A stretch of DNA of 63,864 bases, filler included, from 8 parts of 8 records of this genome joined end to end with filler, not necessarily neighbours in it, one strand, 5' to 3'; positions 18,021 to 27,314 are shown, counted from the first letter of the whole stretch. Numbers and translations are program-made. The notes: generated from the sequence alone by a model not told the origin.

Positions 18021-18806
18021 TTAATTGTTTACGGCCTGGGCTTTTTGCTTATCTCTTTGCCTTTGTGCCCGTTTACGGCAAGCTGGACTATCATACTTTG
18101 CCCGGCCATAAACAACACGACCGCAGCCGCATGAACAACGGTTTACAGGTTCGGCTTGAATTATTTTTGTTTGGTCTTTTTTTTTATAAAAGTCTTTCAG
18201 GATAAGGCTTGCCAGATAGCGGCCTAAAGGCAGCGGCACACCGTTGGCAATGGCCTTTTTTTTACCTTCCAGGGAAAAAAAAGGAATGTCAAAATCTTTG
18301 GGCAGACCTTGAATATCACAACATGCCCGGAAGGATCGGGCATCGTTGCCCACAACTGCCCCGCCCGAAACATTACCTTTCTTTCCTTTTATCGGGTCAA
18401 GCAATTGACCAGATAAAGAACCGAATATAAAATGGCGGTTCCTGGAAAAATCCGTAAACCAGGACAAGTCTAATTCAAATCGTTGTTGTGTGTAGCCGTC
18501 TATTTGAAAATTGGGAAAGCCCGCGACATTTTCACATAAAAACCACTGAGGCCGGGCAGCGGCCACAACCCGGCAGTATTCTTTTAACATCTCATCGCCG
18601 TATCCAGTAGGGTTACGGTTCAATTTTGAAAAATCTTGACAGGGAGGGCCACCGATTACACCGTCAAAGACACCTGGTGGCGGGGTGAAATTGCGAATAT
18701 CTCCTCCGGTGATCAGATCCGGGGAGCGAACAACACAAAACCCATTTTTTTCAAAACCCATTCCAAGCATGTCAATCCCGGGAAATAATGATAATAGCAG
18801 TTTCAT
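18021..18806 (-). CDS. Minimal DNA (cytosine-5) methyltransferase with C-terminal Cys-rich (putative Zn) tail
   Basis: SLFPGID (variant motif I), GGPPCQDFS (IV), ENV (VI), R.R (VIII), QGLP..F (IX), ANGVP (X). Only about 30 aa between VIII and IX. Tail CSCGCG...YDSPACRKRAQR. Confidence 0.85.
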   Translation of the reverse strand: MKLLLSLFPGIDMLGMGFEKNGFCVVRSPDLITGGDIRNFTPPPGVFDGVIGGPPCQDFSKLNRNPTGYGDEMLKEYCRVVAAARPQWFLCENVAGFPNFQIDGYTQQRFELDLSWFTDFSRNRHFIFGSLSGQLLDPIKGKKGNVSGGAVVGNDARSFRACCDIQGLPKDFDIPFFSLEGKKKAIANGVPLPLGRYLASLILKDFYKKKDQTKIIQAEPVNRCSCGCGRVVYGRAKYDSPACRKRAQRQRDKQKAQAVNN

Positions 18807-18829
18807 GATTTAAAAGTATCATGAAAAAT

Positions 18830-18996
18830 TGTGACTTGTCCAGGACAAAAACCGTGACAACCCGGGGAAAAGAAATGTGACCGAGCTCAGCTAAATTTTG
18901 TGACTGCCCTGGAGGAAAAACCGTGACGCATCGATCGCAAGTTATGTGACCCGCCGGCAAATAAAAGTGTGACTATCCGGATACGAAAAATGTGAC
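18830..18996 (+). repeat. Array of 8 YGTGAC anchors at exact 23-bp period with variable palindromic spacers
   Basis: GTGAC starts at 18831, 18854, 18877, 18900, 18923, 18946, 18969 and 18992. Each is preceded by an A/T tract; the 18-nt spacers all differ. Confidence 0.93.
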
Positions 18997-19020
18997 CTCA
19001 AAATTGAAATTTCCGATTGT

Positions 19021-19141
19021 TACCACCATTTTTAATGGTGTTGGATCCGTCACCACCAAAAATGGTGCTGCAGGAGAAATTTTTTTTAAACTCGATTAAA
19101 AAATTTCTGGCCATTACCACCATTTTTGGTGATAATGGCCA
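19021..19141. repeat. Three YACCACCA-N4-TGGTG-type inverted-repeat units upstream of the adenine MTase
   Basis: TACCACCATTTTTAATGGTG (19021), CACCACCAAAAATGGTGCTG (19051) and TACCACCATTTTTGGTGATA (19115, inside a larger TGGCCATTA...TAATGGCCA palindrome at 19108-19141). Confidence 0.85.
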
Positions 19142-19142
19142 T

Positions 19143-19826
19143 ATGAAAACTAAAAAAACATATCCAGGGGGGAAGGCAGGGAACGGGGTTTATCAGTCAA
19201 TTATTAACCTCATGCCCCCGCATGATACTTATATTGAAACTCACTTGGGCGGTGGTGCGATCCTTCGGAAGAAACGCCCTGCTGTTCGAAACATTGGTAT
19301 TGACATTGATTCTGCTGTAATTGATTGTTGGTCACAAAATCAGGCGTTGAATTTCAAGCTGCATAATGGGGATGCTGTAAAATTTTTGAAGCGGGAAATT
19401 TTTACAGGTCGAGTATTAGTCTATTGTGATCCTCCGTACTTGAAGAAAACCCGAAAAACCGGGAAAATATACCGGTATGAATACACCGAAAAACAACATA
19501 TAGAACTTTTGGATTGTATTAAAAAATTAAACTGCATGGTGATGATTTCCGGATATTATTCTGATCTGTATGCTGAAAAATTGGACGGGTGGAACGTCCG
19601 GACATTCCAGGCTCAAACCAGGGGAGCGAAACCAGCCACGGAATATGTTTGGTTTAATTTTGAGGAACCGATTTTGCTTCATGATCCGAAGTACATAGGC
19701 CGAGATTATCGGGAAAGGGAACGGATTAAAAAGAAGGCTGTTCGATGGGTTAAGCGGTTTGAAGCTCTTCCTAAACTTGAAAAGCAAGCTATTATGGTTG
19801 CTTTAAAAAAAAGTGGGATATTTTAA
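19143..19826 (+). CDS. Minimal Dam/D12-class N6-adenine DNA methyltransferase
   Basis: YPGGK (motif X), YIETHLGGGA (I), GIDID (II), YCDPPY (IV), MISGY and TEYVW. Very short segment between II and IV; basic helical C-terminal tail. Confidence 0.85.
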   Translation: MKTKKTYPGGKAGNGVYQSIINLMPPHDTYIETHLGGGAILRKKRPAVRNIGIDIDSAVIDCWSQNQALNFKLHNGDAVKFLKREIFTGRVLVYCDPPYLKKTRKTGKIYRYEYTEKQHIELLDCIKKLNCMVMISGYYSDLYAEKLDGWNVRTFQAQTRGAKPATEYVWFNFEEPILLHDPKYIGRDYRERERIKKKAVRWVKRFEALPKLEKQAIMVALKKSGIF

Positions 19827-20024
19827 AAAAATATCCCTTCCTTTTATAAAACGCCGTAGGCGTTCAATCAGTCTTGATGATTTTTGAAAAAAATCTACCT
19901 TATCTCCTGGGAGCAATAGAAAACCCCGAAAGGATATTTTTCCTCCGAGGTTGGGTTACAGTGCAAGCCGCAGTAAGCGGCTTGCTTCAGTTATGGGCGA
20001 AGCCCATCGAATTTTTTTAAAAAT

Positions 20025-20261
20025 TTAGCTATCGTTATTATCTATTTCATCTAGACATTTTTTTAATTCTTCATCAATAATATGTAGCTTTACCCGAAGG
20101 GCTGAAACTTCTTGCTGTAATTTTCTTTTCTGCTGCCCTAATCTTATAAAATTATTTACAACATGGGCCACCAATCCGGTCCCTGTCCGAATTTTAAGCT
20201 CCTTTTGCAAATTTGCAATCTGTTTAAGCGTATCTTTATCCCGGATTTGAACAATCCGCAT
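20025..20261 (-). CDS. Small hypothetical protein (possible ribbon-helix-helix plus coiled coil)
   Basis: 78 aa with G-rich RBS; N-terminal beta-like MRIVQIR, two helices, then a heptad-rich tail. Confidence 0.5.
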   Translation of the reverse strand: MRIVQIRDKDTLKQIANLQKELKIRTGTGLVAHVVNNFIRLGQQKRKLQQEVSALRVKLHIIDEELKKCLDEIDNNDS

Positions 20262-20601
20262 ATAATATCCCCCCCAAGGCAATAAAAAAGGTCAAAACAG
20301 GCTCCCGCTGTTCTGAGAACCTGTTTTGACCTTTTACCCTAAAACGCCTGATTTTATCAAACGCCCTTGCTTCCGGGTTTAGGAAGCATAACCCTTCTGC
20401 CCAAGGGGTTTGATACCATTTAGGGTAATTATGAATGAAAGTCAATCTTTTTAGGGCAAAAATGCTACCATTATTTTTTATTACAATTTTTAAAAAAAAA
20501 TTAAATATGCCACGATATAAAAAATATTTAACAGGGCATGATCTTGATTTTAGACCCCAAGTTCAGGATATGGCCGCATACCAGATGTTGTGGTTGGGGA
20601 T

Positions 20602-20701
20602 NNNNNNNNNNNNNNNNNNNNNNNNNNNNNNNNNNNNNNNNNNNNTTAATTAATTAANNNNNNNNNNNNNNNNNNNNNNNNNNNNNNNNNNNNNNNNNNN
20701 N
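20602..20701. other. Artificial contig spacer
   Basis: N-run with TTAATTAATTAA. Confidence 0.99.
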
Positions 20702-20970
20702 CCGATTTCATCAAGACCTCGACCGGCAAGGTCGAGGTGTCGGCAACGCCGGAAGCCGCCGAAGCCATGCTCGGCGTCATTAAAAGGATGGGAAAACCGG
20801 TCGGGTTCAAGGCAGCCGGCGGCATTCGCACGGTCGAGGACGCCGCCCTCTATCTGGCCCTGGCCGATCGCATCATGGGCCCGGACTGGGTTAGCCCAAA
20901 AACCTTCCGGTTCGGCGCCAGCGGTATTCTCTACGACCTGTTGATCAACCTTCCAGACGCGGATACCTGA
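20702..20970 (+). CDS. deoC: Deoxyribose-phosphate aldolase (5' truncated)
   Basis: [18 protein letters not shown] and FRFGAS motifs. Confidence 0.92.
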
Positions 20971-20974
20971 GCCC

Positions 20975-22303
20975 ATGCTGCCGCAGGAAATCATCCGCCG
21001 CAAACGCGATGGCGAAACCTTGGACGAACACGAAATCGCCCAGTTCGTCAAAGGCATCACCGATGACTCGATCAGCGAAGGACAGGCCGCCGCTTTTGCC
21101 ATGTCGGTGTTTCTCAAAGGCATGGGGCGCGAGGAAACCGTCGCCCTGACCCGCGAAATGATGAACTCGGGCACCGTGTTGGATTGGCCGGCCAAGGGGC
21201 TCGACGGCGCCATCCTCGACAAACATTCGACCGGCGGCGTCGGTGACAAGGTCAGCCTTATCCTCGGTCCGCTGATCGCCGCCTGCGGCGGTTATGTGCC
21301 GATGATCTCCGGGCGCGGCCTGGGCCATACCGGCGGAACCCTCGACAAACTCGACAGCGTTCCCGGCTATGACACGGCGCCGGACATCGATACCCTGGAC
21401 CGTGTCGTCAGAGATGCCGGCTGTGCCATCATCGGTCAGACCGCCGATCTGGCGCCGGCCGACCGGCGTCTGTATGGAATCCGCGACGTTACGGCGACGG
21501 TCGAATCGATCCCGTTGATCACGGCATCGATCCTGTCGAAAAAGCTGGCCGCCGGCCTGACCGGTCTGGTCATGGACGTGAAAACCGGATCGGGCGCCTT
21601 TGCCTTCACCTTCGAAATGGCCCACGACCTGGCGACAAGCATCGTCGAAGTCGCCAACGGCGCCGGTCTGGCGACGTCGGCCCTGATCACCGACATGAAC
21701 CAGGTTTTGGGCGACTCGGCCGGAAACGCGGTGGAAGTCATGGAATGCATAACCTACCTGAAGGGTGGGTATCGCGATCCCAGGCTGCACGAGGTGACAA
21801 TGGCCCTATGTGCCGAACTGCTGGTTACCGGCAAGATCGTTCCATCTTTGGAAAACGCGCGGGCGATGCTGAATCGCATGCTTGATTCCGGCGCCGCCGC
21901 CGAACGGTTCCAGCGCATGATCGCCGGTCTCGGCGGACCGGCCGATTTCCTGGAACGCGCTGCCAAATACTTGCCAACCGCCCCGGTCATCATGCCGGTC
22001 CAGGCAGACAAAAGCGGCTTCGTCGCCGCAATGGACACACGGAGCATCGGTATCGCCATCATCGAACTGGGCGGCGGCCGCCGCCGGGCCGACGATACCA
22101 TCGACCATGCGGTCGGGTTGAGCCGGGTCTGCCAGATCGGCGATGAAGTCGGTCCCGGAAAACCCCTTGCAGTCGTTCACGCCAACAGCGATCACGACCT
22201 GCAGCGTGCCGCCGACCGACTTTGCGCGGCGATCGAAATCGTCGAGACCGCGCCGGCGATCAATCCAACCGTCATTCAACGTGTCGGCATGGCGGCATCA
22301 TGA
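20975..22303 (+). CDS. deoA: Thymidine phosphorylase
   Basis: [26 protein letters not shown] and SILSKKLA motifs. Confidence 0.95.
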   Translation: MLPQEIIRRKRDGETLDEHEIAQFVKGITDDSISEGQAAAFAMSVFLKGMGREETVALTREMMNSGTVLDWPAKGLDGAILDKHSTGGVGDKVSLILGPLIAACGGYVPMISGRGLGHTGGTLDKLDSVPGYDTAPDIDTLDRVVRDAGCAIIGQTADLAPADRRLYGIRDVTATVESIPLITASILSKKLAAGLTGLVMDVKTGSGAFAFTFEMAHDLATSIVEVANGAGLATSALITDMNQVLGDSAGNAVEVMECITYLKGGYRDPRLHEVTMALCAELLVTGKIVPSLENARAMLNRMLDSGAAAERFQRMIAGLGGPADFLERAAKYLPTAPVIMPVQADKSGFVAAMDTRSIGIAIIELGGGRRRADDTIDHAVGLSRVCQIGDEVGPGKPLAVVHANSDHDLQRAADRLCAAIEIVETAPAINPTVIQRVGMAAS

Positions 22304-23517
22304 CCCGCGCCATCGTCCTGATGATGGATAGCTTCGGTATCGGCGCCGCCGACGATGCCGAACGGTTCGGCGATGCCGGGTCCGACACCCTGGGCCATAT
22401 CGCCGCCGAATGCGCGGCCGGAAGAGCCGATACGGACGCACGGTCCGGGCCCTTGCGCCTGCCCAATCTGGTCAAGCTCGGCATTGCGCACGCTGGCCTT
22501 GCCAGCAGCGGCAAGGTCGCCGCCGGGCTTGATGCCGATGGCGAACCCGAAGGCATCCATGGCTTTGCCGCCGAACGCAGCAAGGGCAAGGACACGCCGA
22601 GCGGCCATTGGGAATTGGCCGGGCTGCCGGTCTTGTTCGACTGGGGCTATTTTCCCGATACCCGGCCAAGCTTTCCGGCCGAACTGACCGAAGCCCTCAT
22701 CAGGGAAACCGGTGTACCCGGCATCCTTGGCGACTGCCACGCCTCGGGCACCGATATCATGGCCGAACTGGGCCAGGCCCATGTCGAAACCGGCAAACCG
22801 ATTTGCTACACCTCGGCCGACAGCGTCTATCAGATCGCCGCTCATGAGGGGCATTTCGGTCTCGAACGCCTATACGAAGTTTGTCTGATCGCCCGCAAAT
22901 TGGTCGACGATTACAATATCGGCCGTGTCATCGCCCGTCCCTTCATCGGGGATACGGCCGACGGTTTCAAGCGGACCGCCAATCGCAAGGACTACGCCAC
23001 GCCGCCACCCGGACCGACCCTGCTCGATCATGTTTCGGAACACGGCGGTTCGGTTTTCTCGGTCGGCAAGATCGGCGATATCTATGCCCACCGGAACACC
23101 GGCACCGAGATCAAGGCAAGCGGCCACGAAGCCTTGGGGAACGCAACCCTGAACGCCATCGATCAGGCCGGCGACGGGTCCCTTGTTTTCACCAATTTCG
23201 TCGATTTCGACATGCTGTTCGGCCATCGCCGCGACGTCGCCGGTTACGCTGCCGCGCTTGAAGCCTTCGATGCCTGGCTGCCGACATTCCGAACCCGCCT
23301 GTTTCCCGGCGACCTTGTCGTCATTACCGCCGATCACGGTTGCGATCCGACCTGGCGGGGAACCGACCATACGCGCGAACATGTACCGGTCCTGGCCTTC
23401 GGCCCCGGCATTGAGGCGCGACCCATCGGCAAACGCGACAGCTTCGCCGATATCGGACAGTCCATTGCCGCCCATCTCGGCCTGCCGACCATGGAACACG
23501 GCACATCCTTCCTTTAA
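22300..23517 (+). CDS. deoB: Phosphopentomutase
   Basis: [36 protein letters not shown] and HTRE motifs; ATGA overlap with deoA. Confidence 0.95.
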   Translation: MTRAIVLMMDSFGIGAADDAERFGDAGSDTLGHIAAECAAGRADTDARSGPLRLPNLVKLGIAHAGLASSGKVAAGLDADGEPEGIHGFAAERSKGKDTPSGHWELAGLPVLFDWGYFPDTRPSFPAELTEALIRETGVPGILGDCHASGTDIMAELGQAHVETGKPICYTSADSVYQIAAHEGHFGLERLYEVCLIARKLVDDYNIGRVIARPFIGDTADGFKRTANRKDYATPPPGPTLLDHVSEHGGSVFSVGKIGDIYAHRNTGTEIKASGHEALGNATLNAIDQAGDGSLVFTNFVDFDMLFGHRRDVAGYAAALEAFDAWLPTFRTRLFPGDLVVITADHGCDPTWRGTDHTREHVPVLAFGPGIEARPIGKRDSFADIGQSIAAHLGLPTMEHGTSFL

Positions 23518-23567
23518 GCTGCTCGGTCAAGAAAGCATGGCAAAATAAAAAAACGCACGAGGAATAC

Positions 23568-25184
23568 ATGAGCCAAACGGTATCCGATGCCATCGCCGCC
23601 ACCCTGTACGATCGCGGTGTGCGATTCGCCTTCGGGATTCCGGGAAACGACGTGCTCGATCTGGTCCGCGCCTGCGAGGAACACGACATTGAATTCATCC
23701 TGGCCCGCAGCGAACCGGCCGCCGCCTTCATGGCCGACGCTGTCTTCCAGTTGACCGGCAAACCCGCCATCCTGATCGTCGCCTTCGGACCCGGCGTGTC
23801 GAACGTCGGCGCCGGCCTGGCCAGCGCGTTGATGGAACGTACGGCGATGATCGTGTATTCCGGCGAACTGGCCGGAAATCGCTTCGGCATCTATAACCAC
23901 CAAGCCTTCGACCATTTGGCCTTCGCCGCCCCGATCACCAAGCTGGCGACGCATTTGAACCCGGATCGCGCCGCCCAACAGACGGCGCGCGCGCTCGATC
24001 TGGCGATGGCGGCTCCGGCCGGGCCGGTGCTGATCAACTGTCCGGCCGACGCCACCCGTTCGGCCCGCCGGGACGAACCCGATTTCCCGGCCATTTCGGT
24101 ATCGCCGCAATGTCTGTCGGCGCCGGCCGCGGAAGAAATCAAGGCACGGATCGCCTCCGCCGAACGTCCCCTGGCCCTGGCCGGCCGCGGCAGCATCGAC
24201 GGCGCCGTTCCCAGCGCCCTGGCCGCCTTCCTGACCTCGTGGGGAATGCCGGTCCTGACCAGCTACAAGGCCAAGGGCGTCATCGACGATCATCACGACC
24301 TTTGCCTTGGCAGCGTCGGGTTGAGCCCGATCGTCGATGCCGAGAACCTGGCATTGATCGCCGAAGCCGATCTTCTGGTCCTGGCCGGGTTCGATCCGAT
24401 CGAACTGCGCGACGCCTGGCTCGATGCTTGGCTGCCCGATCTGCCCTGCGTTTCCATTGACACCTCGGTCCAGACCCACCGCATCTTTCCGGTCGGCACC
24501 CAGGCCGTCGGCGATATGGCGGCGATCCTTGCTCAGGTCAGCCGCGACAAACCCGTCGACAATCCCTGGCCGGCCGCGCGCTTGGCCGATTTCCGCACCA
24601 GGGTCGCGGCGATCGTGCGTCCACGCGATCCGAAAGGCGCGATCAGCCCGGCGGCGCTGTTTGCGGCAATCAGCGAGGCCGCCCAGCCGGACTGGATCAT
24701 GACGACAGATGTCGGCGCCCACCGCATCCTCGCCAATCATGCCATTTCCTGCCAAACGCCGGGACAGTTGGTGCAATCGAACGGGCTTTGCTGCATGGGT
24801 TACGCCATTCCGGCCGCCATCGGCGCCCAGTTGGCGGCGCCTATGCGTCCCGTCATCGCCATGCTGGGCGACGGATGCGCGTTGATGAGCCTGGGCGAGC
24901 TTGCCATCGCCGCCGAACGCGACCTGCCCATCGTCGTCGTTATCCTGAACGATTCGTCCCTGTCGCTGATCCGGCTCAAGCAATCGAAAATGCAGCTTGA
25001 ACGGCGCGCCGTCGATTTCGGCGAAACCCGATTCGATCGCATCGCCGAGGGCTTCGGCATGACCGGCCAACGCGTCGACACCTTAAAGGCGTTCAAACAG
25101 GCGCTTGCCCACGCCGTTTCGACGCGACGACCGACGATCATCGATGCCGTCGTCGATCCGGCCGAATACTGGGATCAGATGTAG
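23568..25184 (+). CDS. Thiamine pyrophosphate-binding enzyme (acetolactate synthase-like superfamily)
   Basis: FGIPG, E..AAFMA and GDG...N TPP-binding motif. Confidence 0.88.
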   Translation: MSQTVSDAIAATLYDRGVRFAFGIPGNDVLDLVRACEEHDIEFILARSEPAAAFMADAVFQLTGKPAILIVAFGPGVSNVGAGLASALMERTAMIVYSGELAGNRFGIYNHQAFDHLAFAAPITKLATHLNPDRAAQQTARALDLAMAAPAGPVLINCPADATRSARRDEPDFPAISVSPQCLSAPAAEEIKARIASAERPLALAGRGSIDGAVPSALAAFLTSWGMPVLTSYKAKGVIDDHHDLCLGSVGLSPIVDAENLALIAEADLLVLAGFDPIELRDAWLDAWLPDLPCVSIDTSVQTHRIFPVGTQAVGDMAAILAQVSRDKPVDNPWPAARLADFRTRVAAIVRPRDPKGAISPAALFAAISEAAQPDWIMTTDVGAHRILANHAISCQTPGQLVQSNGLCCMGYAIPAAIGAQLAAPMRPVIAMLGDGCALMSLGELAIAAERDLPIVVVILNDSSLSLIRLKQSKMQLERRAVDFGETRFDRIAEGFGMTGQRVDTLKAFKQALAHAVSTRRPTIIDAVVDPAEYWDQM

Positions 25185-25187
25185 GGA

Positions 25188-26195
25188 TCAGTCGGCTTCG
25201 AACAGCTTCAGGGTCGGATGGTCGCGGCCCAACCGCCGGCCAAGTTCATGCCACGCCCGCTTTCGCACTTCGGCGACCCACTGTTTCTTGTCCGCCGGTG
25301 GCAGGCGGGAAAAGGCAACACCCCTTTCCTCCAACGATTTGCGAAGGCCCGCTTCGTGCGCGTCCGCCGATGCCGCCAATGCGTCCGAAGCCTGCGTCGC
25401 CGCTCGCATCCAGGCGGCACGGCGGTCTTCGGGCAATCCCTGCCAAAGCGTTTCACGGACAAGAAGGGCGAAACTATCGAACTGATGGCCACTGGCAAGC
25501 ACGGTCAGGTCCGGTAAATCCGTCATCGCCGAAAGCTCGGCCAAAGACATTTCGAAAGCATCGATGCCGCCGTCCTTCAGTTCCGAAATCAAAAACCGCT
25601 CCGAAACCGGCACCGGATGCGCCTTTGCCGCCAACGTCACCGCTGCCGACATCGGATTCGGCAGGGTGCGGATGCGAAGGTCCGCAAGGTCGGCCACCCC
25701 CTGGATACGTTTTTCGCCGATCACCAGATGCCGGGCGCCGTCAGGGAAAATCTCGATAACACGCACCCCCGCAAGCTCGATCAGGCGCCGGTTCCAGGTC
25801 TGTTCGCATGCTTCGTTCCGCCAGATCCGGAGAAGATCCTGCGGACCGGCGAACAGGAAACCGGCCTTGAAGATCATGAATTCGGGGACGGTCCCGGCCA
25901 CCACGTCCGTCGGCACGGTCGCCAGATCGAGCCGCTCGGCCTTAAGCAGGGCAAACGCCTGGCGCGCATTCTTCGGCTTGTCCGGTCCGACCGCGACCGT
26001 GGTCGAATCCTTATCGGCATTCGCCGCGTCGACAAAGGCGGCAATGCCCCCTTCGATCGTTTCCGGCATGTCCGGTGATAGTCCCAGGGTCAGATCCGCG
26101 GCAATTGCACCGGAACCGGCAACAAACATGGCTGCGACACCGAGCCGAGACATCAATCGAACCAACCGAAGGAACGGGCGCCGGGATGCCGTCAT
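25188..26195 (-). CDS. dctP: TRAP transporter substrate-binding protein (DctP family)
   Basis: Signal peptide, G.RH, DL.DLRIR and L..G.ID..E motifs. Confidence 0.75.
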   Translation of the reverse strand: MTASRRPFLRLVRLMSRLGVAAMFVAGSGAIAADLTLGLSPDMPETIEGGIAAFVDAANADKDSTTVAVGPDKPKNARQAFALLKAERLDLATVPTDVVAGTVPEFMIFKAGFLFAGPQDLLRIWRNEACEQTWNRRLIELAGVRVIEIFPDGARHLVIGEKRIQGVADLADLRIRTLPNPMSAAVTLAAKAHPVPVSERFLISELKDGGIDAFEMSLAELSAMTDLPDLTVLASGHQFDSFALLVRETLWQGLPEDRRAAWMRAATQASDALAASADAHEAGLRKSLEERGVAFSRLPPADKKQWVAEVRKRAWHELGRRLGRDHPTLKLFEAD

Positions 26196-26324
26196 CTCTC
26201 CCCCTTTATCCGCAAGGCCCGGAAACCATACCGGCTGGGCCGTCGATTTCCACCCCGAAAGATACAGGCAGGCCAATTTGTGGGAATGCATGCGATAGTC
26301 GCGAACCACCGGCCGGAAAGTGCT

Positions 26325-26946
26325 CTAGCCGTCGAGCGCCCGGCGCACTGCGATGCCGAGTTCGTCCATATTGTAAGGCTTGTGGAGAAGGGTTCGGGTT
26401 AATTCCGATGCAACATCGTTGCCGCGGGCGGCCTCTTCGCGTTTCCGCGTGAAGCCGCTGGTCAACAGAACCTTCAGATCGGGCCGGATTTTCAATCCGT
26501 CGGCGGCCAATCGATAGCCGTCCATGCCGCCGGGCATGATGACGTCGCTGAATAACAGGTCGATCCCGGCATCGTTCTGAAGGATATCGAGTGCCTGAAC
26601 GCCGGTGGCGGCACTTACGGCCCGATACCCCAGGGAATCGAGGATCCTTACCGCGGCGTCGGCCAGATCCTGTTCGTCGTCGACGACCAGAACGGACTCG
26701 CCCCGGCCGCGCGGGGTTTGGCGCTTGCCCGCCTCGGTGATTTCGGCGGCCATTTGACCTTCAGCCCGGGGCAGGTATATACGGACCGTCGATCCCGAGC
26801 CCAGTTCCGAATAGATCTTCACATGGCCGCCGGAACGCTGGACGAACCCGTAAACCATGCTCAGGCCGAGCCCGGTACCCTTGCCGGACTCCTTGGTGGT
26901 GAAGAAGGGTTCGAAAACCCGCTTCAGGGTGTCCGGCGCCATGCCG
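26325..26946 (-). CDS. Hybrid sensor histidine kinase/receiver (5' truncated)
   Basis: FEPFFTTK..GKGTGLGL HATPase followed by a REC domain (VVDDE, SDVIMPG, KP). Confidence 0.92.
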
Positions 26947-27046
26947 NNNNNNNNNNNNNNNNNNNNNNNNNNNNNNNNNNNNNNNNNNNNTTAATTAATT
27001 AANNNNNNNNNNNNNNNNNNNNNNNNNNNNNNNNNNNNNNNNNNNN
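26947..27046. other. Artificial contig spacer
   Basis: N-run with TTAATTAATTAA. Confidence 0.99.
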
Positions 27047-27102
27047 TTAAACGCAAGCACACCGGCGAAGGCGATACCGGCAGTCAGAATTCGGCTGATC
27101 AT
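27047..27102 (-). CDS. N-terminus of a secreted protein (truncated)
   Basis: GGGAGG RBS and signal-peptide-like MISRILTAGIAFAGVLAF. Confidence 0.45.
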
Positions 27103-27314
27103 GATTGCCCCTCCCATCGAGGACTTCGGTTTGGTGCCTAAACCAGACTCCTCGTGTACTTGATTTTGTGGATTCGGCGGTGATATTGCAACTGCGCCCG
27201 GCGGATCATTTATTCGGGATGCCGGGATTTCGGATGATAAGGCCAAAATAAATGTAGATTCGGAAGGACACCCGCTGAAAGCCGATTGCCGAAAGTCTTC
27301 AGCAACCTGTTAAT

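Noticed and set aside
18772-18960. 62-aa ORF across the array
   Set aside because: A 23-bp period is not a multiple of 3 and the peptide has no recognisable features, so it is probably non-coding.
18830-18996. CRISPR array, CRP sites or plasmid iterons as the explanation for the 23-bp array
   Set aside because: The constant part is only 5-6 nt and no cas gene is present. The TGTGA half-sites lack a TCACA partner. Iterons are normally near-identical along their length and lie next to a rep gene, which is not seen here, although an off-contig rep cannot be excluded.
19017-19142. N-terminal extension of the adenine MTase in the ORF track
   Set aside because: It translates the repeat region. 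Motif X (YPGGK) places the real start at ATG 19143.
23514-25070. Long antisense ORFs in the GC-rich contigs (e.g. 518 aa here, 361 aa at 33633-34718)
   Set aside because: They are shadow frames of well-supported genes in high-GC DNA.
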